Source: Gemmatimonadota bacterium (lineage in GTDB: Bacteria; Gemmatimonadota; Gemmatimonadetes; Palauibacterales; Palauibacteraceae). Taken from it: a DNA stretch of 42,877 nt. Below the pieces are notes generated by a model. The model was not told the DNA's origin and ran no database searches. It saw nothing but the letters and a program-made list of their open reading frames with translations. Shown piece by piece: positions 27,392 to 35,701 of this stretch; the first letter of the stretch is position 1; every line of letters begins with the position of its first letter. A program made the translations under genes and the position numbers. The stretch is from the NCBI GenBank assembly GCA_046758745.1, contig JBHIAV010000025.1, forward strand, positions 1 through 42,877, read 5' to 3'.

Positions 27392-28927
27392 CTAATCTAC
27401 AATTACTTCAAGCGATTTATCGCCACGCATGAGGAGCCAATACAGGACGAAGGAGACGATCGCGGCGGAGAACCACGCTCCGCTGAACAGGAACTCGAGG
27501 CTCGGGTGGAGCTTCCCCGCCAGGGCGATGGCGATGCCCGCTCCGAGCGCGACGAGCGCCCGCCGGTTGAAACCGGCGCGATACGCGTACGGTCCGTCCT
27601 CGGTGTACAGGCCCCGCAGGTCGAGGCGCGCGCGACGCAGCACCCAGTAGTCGCACACGATCACTCCCCCTATCGCCCCTAGGAGCCCGGAGTAGCTGAT
27701 CAACCACGTCTGGTACTCATCCAGGAGTCGCCACGGGAAGATGAAGATCCCGATGAGGCCCGCGATGAACCCGCCGAGGCGGAAGCCCACCCGCCGCGGG
27801 AAGAGGTTGGCGAAGCTGTTCGCCGGCGCGACCACGTTCGCGGCGATGTTGGTGCTCAGGGTGGCGAGGGCGAGCACCAGCAGGGCGAGCAGACCGAGGA
27901 GCGGGCTGTCGTATTCCGCCGTGAGGCGAGCGAGCAGGTCGATCGGATTCCAGATCGCCTCCCCGTACAGGATGACGGTGGCGCTGGTGACCGCCACCCC
28001 CACGAACGCGAAGAGGGGCATGGCGGTGAGAAGGCCGACCGCCTGGCCCACGAACTGGTCCGTCTGGCTCTTCGCGTAGCGTGTGAAGTCCGGGATGTTG
28101 AGGGAGAGGGTGGCCCAGTAGCCGACCATGGCGGTAAGCCATGGGATGAAGAGCGTGAGCAGGAAGCCGCTCCCGCGTTCCCGCGCCGCGGCGGTTCCCA
28201 GGGCAGCGGAACCCTCCAGGATCCTCCCTATGCCGCCCACCCGAAGCGTCGCCCAGGCGAGGAGCACCATCCCCACCACGATGAGGAAGGGGGCCGCGAG
28301 CGTCTCCAGCCACTTGATGCTCTCCGTTCCGGCCCACACGAAGTAGATGTTGACGAGCCAGAAGAGCAGGAAGCTCACGTAGTGCGACAGCCCGTACCCC
28401 ATGAAACTCCAGTCGCCGCCGAGCCGCGCCCAGTTCTCCCACAGGATTCCGATGAGCGCGTTGATCGCCAGTCCGCCGATCCACGTCTGGATCCCGAACC
28501 AGCCGCACGCCACTACCGATCGGAGGAGCGAGGGGACGTGGGCGCCGGCGTGGCCAAAGGAGGCGCGCACGAAGACCGGGAAAGGAATGCCGTAGCGCGT
28601 GCCCGCGTGGGCATTGAGCACCAGCGGAAGGAGGACGATGGCGTTGCCGAGGAGGATGGTCAGAAGGCTCTGCCACCAGTTCATCCCGGCGTCGATCATA
28701 CTCGCGGCGAGCATGTAGGTCGGAATGCAGACGCTCATCCCGACCCACAGAGATGCGAGGTGCCACCGATTCCACGTCCGGTCGGCGATGGTGGTCGGAG
28801 CGATGTCGGCATTCACCAGCGGACCGTCGGGGAGCCCTTCGGAAAGCTCCACCAGGGCGGAGAGTTCCCGAAACTCTGCGCCTGGGGCGGTCCCTGCGGC
28901 GTGTGCCATCTCCGGGTGCGGGATCAT
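27392..28927 (-). CDS. NCS1 nucleobase:cation symporter (uracil/allantoin/hydantoin permease family)
   Basis: LWVGMSVCIPTY, GTRYGIPFPV, ACGWFGIQTWIGG, WATLSLNIPDFTRY, STNIAANVV. Confidence 0.95.
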   Translation of the reverse strand: MIPHPEMAHAAGTAPGAEFRELSALVELSEGLPDGPLVNADIAPTTIADRTWNRWHLASLWVGMSVCIPTYMLAASMIDAGMNWWQSLLTILLGNAIVLLPLVLNAHAGTRYGIPFPVFVRASFGHAGAHVPSLLRSVVACGWFGIQTWIGGLAINALIGILWENWARLGGDWSFMGYGLSHYVSFLLFWLVNIYFVWAGTESIKWLETLAAPFLIVVGMVLLAWATLRVGGIGRILEGSAALGTAAARERGSGFLLTLFIPWLTAMVGYWATLSLNIPDFTRYAKSQTDQFVGQAVGLLTAMPLFAFVGVAVTSATVILYGEAIWNPIDLLARLTAEYDSPLLGLLALLVLALATLSTNIAANVVAPANSFANLFPRRVGFRLGGFIAGLIGIFIFPWRLLDEYQTWLISYSGLLGAIGGVIVCDYWVLRRARLDLRGLYTEDGPYAYRAGFNRRALVALGAGIAIALAGKLHPSLEFLFSGAWFSAAIVSFVLYWLLMRGDKSLEVIVD

Positions 28928-28937
28928 GGAGGTGTGG

Positions 28938-29819
28938 CTACGGCGCGCTCCGCGCCCGGGCGAACGCCTCGGTCAGCGCACGGCGGGTGAGTACCTCGGC
29001 GAGCCGACGGCGGTAGGCCGGCGACGCGTGGATGTCCTCCAGCGGCTCGATGTCGCACGAGGCGGCGAGGCGGGCCGCGTCGGCGATCCTCTCCTCCGTC
29101 GGAAGCTCCCCTGCCAGCGATGCGGCCGCGCTCGACGCCGCGCCCGGCCGGTCGCCGACGCTCAGGAGGGCGAGGCGCGCCTCGCGGCAGCGGCCTTCCT
29201 CATCGACGCTCACCACGGCGGCGACCCCGACGAGCGCGTAGTCGCCGTGCCGACGCGCGAGCTCGAGGAAGGCGGTCCCGGTCCGGGCGGGCAGGCGCGG
29301 GAGGACGATCTCTGCCAGAAGCTCGTCCTCCGCGAGCGCCGTGCTGAAGGGCCCGAGGAAGAAGTCGGACGCGTCCACCCACCGCGCACCTTCGGGCCCC
29401 TCCAGGCGGAAGCGTGCCTTGAGCGCGAGCATCACGGCGGGGAGCTCCGCGGCCGGATCGGCGTGCGCCAGACTTCCGCCCACCGTGCCACGGTTCCGTA
29501 TCTGGGGGTGAGCGACGTACGGCATCGCCTCTGCGACGAGCGGCGCCCGCTCGCGCACCAGCGCACTTCGCTCCACGGCACGCTGTCGGACCATCGCGCC
29601 GATGCACAGCCCGCCCGCGTCCGCCGCCTCCAACCGCTCGAGCTCCTCCAAGCCGTTCAGATCGACGAGAATCGTCGGCTGGGCGAGGCGGAAGTTCATG
29701 GTGGGGATGAGGCTCTGTCCCCCGGCGAGCGGTTTCGCCTCGTAGCCGTGCCGGGCGAGGAGCGATAGCGCTTCTTCCAGAGTTCGCGGCGCAAAGTACT
29801 CGAACGGAGCCGGCTTCAC
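28938..29819 (-). CDS. Molybdenum hydroxylase FAD-binding (medium, CoxM/XdhB-like) subunit
   Basis: MKPAPFEY.AP, LAGGQSL, HPQIRNRGTVGGS, RRHGDYA; GTG start at 29819 overlapping the stop of the large subunit. Confidence 0.94.
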   Translation of the reverse strand: MKPAPFEYFAPRTLEEALSLLARHGYEAKPLAGGQSLIPTMNFRLAQPTILVDLNGLEELERLEAADAGGLCIGAMVRQRAVERSALVRERAPLVAEAMPYVAHPQIRNRGTVGGSLAHADPAAELPAVMLALKARFRLEGPEGARWVDASDFFLGPFSTALAEDELLAEIVLPRLPARTGTAFLELARRHGDYALVGVAAVVSVDEEGRCREARLALLSVGDRPGAASSAAASLAGELPTEERIADAARLAASCDIEPLEDIHASPAYRRRLAEVLTRRALTEAFARARSAP

Positions 29820-32188
29820 CGGAGACCTCCGCCCGCGCGATCGGAGTCCTCCGTCGCCGCCTCGCACATCAGCTCGAAGAGCCGGTTCGGGCTCAGGGGG
29901 ATCTCCAAGATCTCGAGTCCCGTCCCGGCCAGGGCGTCCTCCACGGCCTGCGCGAACAGTGCCCCGACGGGGATCGCGCCGGCCTCCCCCGCTCCCTTCA
30001 CACCGAGCGGGTTGAGGGGCGAAGGGGTCTCCACGTGGGCCGACTCGATGCGGGGTACGTCCGTGGCAGTAGGGAGGAGATAGTCCATCAAGGAGGCGTT
30101 GAGGAGCTGTCCGGTCTCGTCGTACGCCAGCTGTTCGTAGAAGGCGTTCCCGATTCCGTGCGCCACCCCCCCATGGATCTGGCCCTCCAGGATGAGCGGG
30201 TTGATCACCCTCCCGCAGTCGTGCACGACGACGTAGCGAAGGAACTTCACCATCGCCGTCCGGGGATCCACCTCCAGGATGGCGGCGTGCACGCCGCTCG
30301 CCGTGCTCCCCCGATCAGGACCGAAGTAGGCGGTCGCCTCGAGTCCCGGCTCGGTGCCTGGCTCCACCGCGCCGCGCAGGGGATTCGCGCCCACGGCGAG
30401 CTCGCCGAGGCTCACAAAGCGATCCGGCACCCCCTTCACGACAGCCTTCCCCTCGCGCAGCTGGATGTCGTCTTCCGCCGCCTCAAGCAGCTCGCTCGCC
30501 AGCTTCAGGACCTTGCGGCGAACGGCCTGCGCCGCAGCGTGACAGGCGTTCCCCGCCACCACCGCGCCCCGGCTCGCGAACGTTCCCGTGCCCCAGTGGA
30601 ACTCCCCCGTGTCGCCCGTCACCACCCGGACCGAGCGAACATCCACGCCGAGCTGCTCGGCCACGATCTGCGCGAAGCTGGTGAAGTGCCCCTGCCCCTG
30701 AGTGCCGACCCCCGTGGCCACGTTCACCCGGCCGCTCGGCTCCACGGAGACGCGCGCTCCTTCGTACGGCCCGATGCCGGTCCCCTCGACGTAGGAGACC
30801 ACGCCGATCCCCACCCTGCGTCCCTCGGCCCGCAGGCGCGGCTGCTCCTCGGCGACGAACCGGGAGTAGCCGATCATCTCCACCGCACGATTCAACGCCG
30901 GCTCGTAGTCGCCACTGTCGTAGACGAGGGGAGTGCTGTCCTGGTACAGGATCCCGTGCTCGTGGGGAAAGGCGTCGGGCGGGAGGTAGTTGCGCCGCCG
31001 GATCTCGACGCGGTCGATGCCGAGCTCGCGCGCCGCCATGTCGAGGAGCCGCTCCATCACGAACACGCCCTGCTGTCGGCCCGCCCCACGCACCGGGGTC
31101 ACGATGGTCTTGTTCGTGAAGGCGACCCGGAACTCGCTGTAGTAATTCGGGACATTGTACGGACCGAGGAGGGTGCACTGGCTGTTGATGGGGATGGTGA
31201 GCCCATATGGGTCGTACGCGCCCGTGTCGTGCAGGAAGCTGTCGCGCACCCCGAGGATGCGCCCATCGCTGTCGAGGGCGATCTCGGCCTCGTGGATCTG
31301 CCCTCGTTCCTGCGTGGTGGCGAAGAAGTTCTCCTGCCGGTCCTCGATCCACTTCACCGGAATGCCGAGGCGCATGGAGATCCACGGCACGAGGAGCTCT
31401 TCCGGGTAGAACATCATGATCTTCGGGCCGAACCCACCCCCGACGAAGGGGGCGATGACCCGCACCTGCGATTCGGCGAGGCCCAGCATCCCGGCGAGCC
31501 CATTACGGATCGGGATCGGGGCCTGCGTGGAGTCCCACACCGTGAGCTGCGCCGCCCTCGGCTCCCAGTACGCCACGACTCCCCGGTTCTCGATCGCGGC
31601 AGACGCTCCCCGGTCGTAGGCGAATCGCCGCGCGATACGTAGGGCGGCGCCCGTTCGGGCCACCTCGTAGCTCCCTTTCTCCTGCACCGCGTGGGCCGCG
31701 AGGTTGGAGTCGAGGTCCTCATGGACGCGCGGGGCGGCCGGATCGAGGGCACCCGCGAGCTCCACCACCGCGTCGAGCGGCTCGATCTCGACGTGGATGT
31801 CGGCGGCCGCATCCTCCGCGAGGTATCGGCTCTCGGCCACGACGACGGCGAGAGGCTCGCCGGCGTGCCGCACCTTCCCCCGCGCCAGCGGGAGCTGCGT
31901 GCGAGTGTGGAAGACCAGCCGCTCGATGGGCGGCGGTTCGACGAGGAGCGGGCCCGGTCGGCAGAAGCTCCCGAGGTCGCCGGCCGTGTACACGCCGGCT
32001 ACGCCACGTCGGGACCGCGCGACCGACACATCGATGCTCCGGATGCGGCCGTGCGCGTAGTCGCTCCGGCGGAAAGCGACGTGGAGCATCCCCGGGAGAC
32101 GCACATCGTCCACGAAGAGCGCTTCTCCTGTGAGGAGGCGCGGATCCTCGTTGCGGGTGATCCGCTGGCCGAAGACCCGCGTGGACAC
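29816..32188 (-). CDS. Molybdenum hydroxylase molybdopterin-binding (large, CoxL/XdhA-like) subunit
   Basis: R.EDPRLLTG, VGGGFGPK, PVRGAGR, GQGH.T.FAQ, GTFASR, GQIHGG, KGAGE; GTG start at 32188. Confidence 0.95.
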   Translation of the reverse strand: MSTRVFGQRITRNEDPRLLTGEALFVDDVRLPGMLHVAFRRSDYAHGRIRSIDVSVARSRRGVAGVYTAGDLGSFCRPGPLLVEPPPIERLVFHTRTQLPLARGKVRHAGEPLAVVVAESRYLAEDAAADIHVEIEPLDAVVELAGALDPAAPRVHEDLDSNLAAHAVQEKGSYEVARTGAALRIARRFAYDRGASAAIENRGVVAYWEPRAAQLTVWDSTQAPIPIRNGLAGMLGLAESQVRVIAPFVGGGFGPKIMMFYPEELLVPWISMRLGIPVKWIEDRQENFFATTQERGQIHEAEIALDSDGRILGVRDSFLHDTGAYDPYGLTIPINSQCTLLGPYNVPNYYSEFRVAFTNKTIVTPVRGAGRQQGVFVMERLLDMAARELGIDRVEIRRRNYLPPDAFPHEHGILYQDSTPLVYDSGDYEPALNRAVEMIGYSRFVAEEQPRLRAEGRRVGIGVVSYVEGTGIGPYEGARVSVEPSGRVNVATGVGTQGQGHFTSFAQIVAEQLGVDVRSVRVVTGDTGEFHWGTGTFASRGAVVAGNACHAAAQAVRRKVLKLASELLEAAEDDIQLREGKAVVKGVPDRFVSLGELAVGANPLRGAVEPGTEPGLEATAYFGPDRGSTASGVHAAILEVDPRTAMVKFLRYVVVHDCGRVINPLILEGQIHGGVAHGIGNAFYEQLAYDETGQLLNASLMDYLLPTATDVPRIESAHVETPSPLNPLGVKGAGEAGAIPVGALFAQAVEDALAGTGLEILEIPLSPNRLFELMCEAATEDSDRAGGGLR

Positions 32189-32190
32189 CG

Positions 32191-32811
32191 CTATGCCCCC
32201 CGGGCCTCCGAGTTCACCCTCGCAGCCCTCTGCCTGCCGCTCTCGTCCCGGGGGCCCGAATGGGGCGCGCCGGCAGCGGCCCCGGATGCGCTGCCGCCTG
32301 CCATGCGGGTCGCCGCGAGCTTCACGGCGTCCACGATGTTCTGATATCCGGTGCAGCGACACAGATGACCCGAGAGCCCCTCACGGATCTTCTCCTCCGT
32401 GGGATTCGGCTCCTCCCTCAGGAACGGGACGAGGCTCATGAGGATTCCGGGCGTACAGAAGCCGCACTGGAGAGCATGGGCCTCGCGGAAGGCGATCTGA
32501 AGAGGGTGGAGATGGCGGGTTTCCGGATCGACCGGTCCGCCGACGTTCCTGACCGGCGGATTCGCTGCCAACCCCTCCACGGTGAGGATGTCCCGCGAGT
32601 CCACCTGCACGGCGAAGATGAGACAGGAACGGACCGCCTCCCCATCGAGGAGCACCGTGCAGGCGCCGCACACCCCGTGCTCACACCCGACGTGGGTGCC
32701 CGTGAGCCCGAGCTCCTGTCGCAGGAAGTCACACAGCAGGAGGCGCGGCTCGACGGAGCGCTCGTGGCTCTCGCCGTTGACGTGGACCCGAACCGTGCAG
32801 TGTGCGTTCAC
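32191..32811 (-). CDS. Molybdenum hydroxylase [2Fe-2S] (small, CoxS-like) subunit
   Basis: GTHVGCEHGVCGAC..SC, QCGFCTPG, LCRCTGY; GTG start at 32811. Confidence 0.95.
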   Translation of the reverse strand: MNAHCTVRVHVNGESHERSVEPRLLLCDFLRQELGLTGTHVGCEHGVCGACTVLLDGEAVRSCLIFAVQVDSRDILTVEGLAANPPVRNVGGPVDPETRHLHPLQIAFREAHALQCGFCTPGILMSLVPFLREEPNPTEEKIREGLSGHLCRCTGYQNIVDAVKLAATRMAGGSASGAAAGAPHSGPRDESGRQRAARVNSEARGA

Positions 32812-33046
32812 CCGCGCGGCAATCCGCGGGATCCACCGCGAAGCCGGCACGCACCTGCGCTTCCCGCCTTCCTTGCCATGCGCCTCGCAGCAAGAGGAAG
32901 TGTCCCCTGGAGGGGGGAAAGGTCGGAGGTTAGCGGCCGGCTGGACCGGCCCGCAAGGCGCGATCCCCCGCGGCGGTGAGGCCGACGACTGCGGCGTTGA
33001 ACGCCCGGCCGGCGCGGTGGCCCCGGGGCCGGAGCGGCCGCGGTTC

Positions 33047-33110
33047 GACGGCGGAGACGCGGTTGGTTGGACGGCGGAGACGCGGTTGGTTGGACGCCGG
33101 AGTGGCGGTT
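33047..33110. repeat. 23-bp tandem repeat (2 exact copies plus 1 degenerate)
   Basis: GACGGCGGAGACGCGGTTGGTTG at 33047-33069 and 33070-33092, then GACGCCGGAGTGGCGGTT. Confidence 0.85.
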
Positions 33111-33220
33111 CCGTATCCTGCCGCGGACTGAGGGCCGGCCGGCGGGGGATGAGGCGCGCATTTCGCGTCGGCCGGGCTCGACCGATCACGCCGCAGTGAA
33201 CGAGCCTCGGCGGAGTCCGC

Positions 33221-34753
33221 ATGCCCGAAGTCGCCATCGCCACCACCTCCCCCCTCGCCGCCGATGCCGGAGCGCGCATCGCGGAGCGGGGCGGCAACGC
33301 GGTCGACGCCGCCATCGCGGCCGCGCTCGTCTCCGTCGTCACGGAGCCGGGGGTCTGCTCACTGGGCGCCGGCGGCTTCCTCACCATCTGGCCGTCCGTC
33401 GGGGAGCCCCTGACGGTGGACGGGTACGTGGAGATGCCGGGCCGCGGCCTGCCGCGGGAGCGCTTCGGCGGCGGTCGGCGCGACATCTACCTGGAGTACG
33501 GCGGCGGCGTGTCGATGACCGTGGGCCACGGCTCCGTGGCCACCCCCGGCGTCGTCGCGGCGTTCGGGCTGGCCTCGGAGCGCTTCGGGAGCTTGCCGTG
33601 GCGCGAGCTGGTCGAGCCCGCGTACGAGAGCGCACGTGACGGCTTTCCCCTCCCGCAGGCCTCGTACAACTACCTCATCTATGCGCACGATCTCGTATTC
33701 GGATGGAACCCGCAGAGCCGCCGTGCCCTGCACGATGAATCCGGACGGCTCCGCGAGGCCGGCGAGACAATCCACATCGAGGGCCTGGCCGAGAGCCTGT
33801 GGGCCATCGCGGAGCGGGGTCCGGACGAACTCTACCGGGGACGGCTCGCCCGACTGATCGCCGAGGACGTGACGGGAAACGGCGGGATTCTCACCTCGGA
33901 AGATCTCGCCGCGTATCGGGCTGTCGAGCGACCCGCCCTCACGGTGGAGCTGGACGGCTGGCGGGTGGCGACCAACCCGCCGCCGGCCGTCGGAGGATGC
34001 ACGCTCGCGGCGATGCTGCTCCTCATGGGAGGGAGGCCCGCGAGCGGGTGGACGGCCGCGGAGCTGAGCCACCTCGTGGCGGTGCAGCGCGCCGTTCTCG
34101 CCTACCGTCGCCGCCACCTCGACGTGAGCGAGAACCTACCGCGGGACGCCCATCGCCTCCTCGATCTGGCGGCCGGCGGAAGTCTCGAGCGGTTCGCCGC
34201 CTCCCCCTCGACCGTGCACACCTCGGCAGTCGACTCCTCCGGGCTGGCCTGCGCGGTCACCGTGTCGGCAGGCTACGGCTCCGGCGTGATGCCCCCGGGC
34301 ACGGGGATCTGGATGAACAACTGCCTCGGAGAGGTGGAACTCAACCGGCGTGGTTACCACGCCCTGGAGCCCGGCACCCGGCTCCCCTCCAACATGGCAC
34401 CCACCGTGGCGCGGCGCGGTACCGGAGCCGTCCTCGCGATCGGGTCACCGGGAGCGGACCGGATCACCACCGCCATCCTGCAGGTGATGCTCAATTTCAC
34501 CCGCCTCGGCATGAGCCTGGAGGAGGCCGTCTCGCACCCGCGCGTGCACGTGGAAGCGCCGGACGCGGGAGGACGCGTCGCCTACGAGGCGGGGCTTTCG
34601 ATCGAGGAGGGAGAGCTGCCCCTCCGACGGTACGAGGAACCGTCGATGTTCTTCGGTGGGGTGGGCGCCGCGCTGTGGGACCCGGCGCGCGGCTTCGAGC
34701 TGGCCGCCGACCCCCGCCGCGTGGGAGGGACCGCCGTCGGCGGAAAGCCGTAG
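33221..34753 (+). CDS. Gamma-glutamyltransferase-family Ntn hydrolase (no signal peptide)
   Basis: GGNAVDAAIAA, LGAGGF, VATPG, putative autoprocessing Thr in S/TVHTSAVD, GTGIWMNN, GSPGADRI. Confidence 0.9.
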   Translation: MPEVAIATTSPLAADAGARIAERGGNAVDAAIAAALVSVVTEPGVCSLGAGGFLTIWPSVGEPLTVDGYVEMPGRGLPRERFGGGRRDIYLEYGGGVSMTVGHGSVATPGVVAAFGLASERFGSLPWRELVEPAYESARDGFPLPQASYNYLIYAHDLVFGWNPQSRRALHDESGRLREAGETIHIEGLAESLWAIAERGPDELYRGRLARLIAEDVTGNGGILTSEDLAAYRAVERPALTVELDGWRVATNPPPAVGGCTLAAMLLLMGGRPASGWTAAELSHLVAVQRAVLAYRRRHLDVSENLPRDAHRLLDLAAGGSLERFAASPSTVHTSAVDSSGLACAVTVSAGYGSGVMPPGTGIWMNNCLGEVELNRRGYHALEPGTRLPSNMAPTVARRGTGAVLAIGSPGADRITTAILQVMLNFTRLGMSLEEAVSHPRVHVEAPDAGGRVAYEAGLSIEEGELPLRRYEEPSMFFGGVGAALWDPARGFELAADPRRVGGTAVGGKP

Positions 34754-34876
34754 GGTCGCCGCCGGTGACCCTAGCGGCCCTCGCGCTGCCGCCCTTAACG
34801 GCCCTCGCGCTCCGACCCCAACGCACGCCGCCTCCCTCGCCCCACACCACCTGCGGAGAGCCCGGTCTCCGTCTTC

Positions 34877-35329
34877 CTACATGCCCTCCGTCGTGGCCGA
34901 GTTGGCGATCGCCCACGCGAGCTTCCAGGAGCCGTCGCTCTGCTTCCGGCATACGACCACGTAGTGGCCGGTCTCCGTCATGGCCTCCCCGCCGGCCGGG
35001 TTCAGCGTGACCGTGTAGCTTCCCCGGCCGAACGCCCAATCGCCGGCCGTCTGGACCTGGTGCGAGGTGATCTCAAGCTTCGGGGAAGCCTCCGCCATGG
35101 CCGCGGCGAGGGACTCGCGGATCGCGTCCCGCCCCTCGTACACGTGGCCGTCCGCCGCCATGACGACCGCGTCGGCCGTGTACAAATCGGCGACCACGTC
35201 CGCGTGTCCCATGTTGTAGTGGGCCGCATAGGACGAGCGAAGTCCGGCGAGGACATCTTCCTGCGCGTGCAGGCCCGGAGCGGCGGCGAGCAGGGCAGCG
35301 AGAGCCGCGGCGGTGGTTCGGATGCGCAT
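34877..35329 (-). CDS. Secreted SnoaL-like / DUF4440 (NTF2-fold) protein
   Basis: GGAGGT RBS, ATG at 35329, signal peptide ending LHA-Q; ADLYTADAV, GRDAI, GDWAF..G.Y, RKQSDGSWK. Confidence 0.8.
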   Translation of the reverse strand: MRIRTTAAALAALLAAAPGLHAQEDVLAGLRSSYAAHYNMGHADVVADLYTADAVVMAADGHVYEGRDAIRESLAAAMAEASPKLEITSHQVQTAGDWAFGRGSYTVTLNPAGGEAMTETGHYVVVCRKQSDGSWKLAWAIANSATTEGM

Positions 35330-35397
35330 GGTGGACCTCCTCGGGAGCCCGGGTAGAGACGGTAGGAGCAGCTGAAAAAGCTTACGCGGCTCGGGGA

Positions 35398-35451
35398 GGG
35401 CCCGCAACGAGGAGCGGCTCCAGCCGCTCCGGGGGCCCGCAACGAGGAGCG
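35398..35451. repeat. 19-bp direct repeat (period 35) overlapping a 9-bp hairpin
   Basis: GGGCCCGCAACGAGGAGCG at 35398 and 35433; GGAGCGGCT-CC-AGCCGCTCC at 35411-35430. Confidence 0.75.
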
Positions 35452-35701
35452 TCCAGCCTGCGAGGACCGCCAGACGCTCGGGCCCATCGCGCACCAGCGG
35501 GCCGCCTCTCGCCGGAATCGACCGAAGATGCCCGGAGGGTTGCCGTCCCCGCGTCGCTCGTCCCGCCGAATCGATGGCACGGCCGGAGCGCCGTCCGCGC
35601 GGCCGTCGACACGATCGGCCCGCCCGCTTAGTCTACCGCCCCGCGCCCACAGCGCGGTCGCACGCCGGCTTCATGGAAACTGAACCCCGGAGTGGTCGAC
35701 G

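Noticed and set aside
29816-32188. Aerobic carbon monoxide dehydrogenase
   Set aside because: Lacks the form I AYxCSFR motif, the order is S-L-M, and no cox accessory genes are present.
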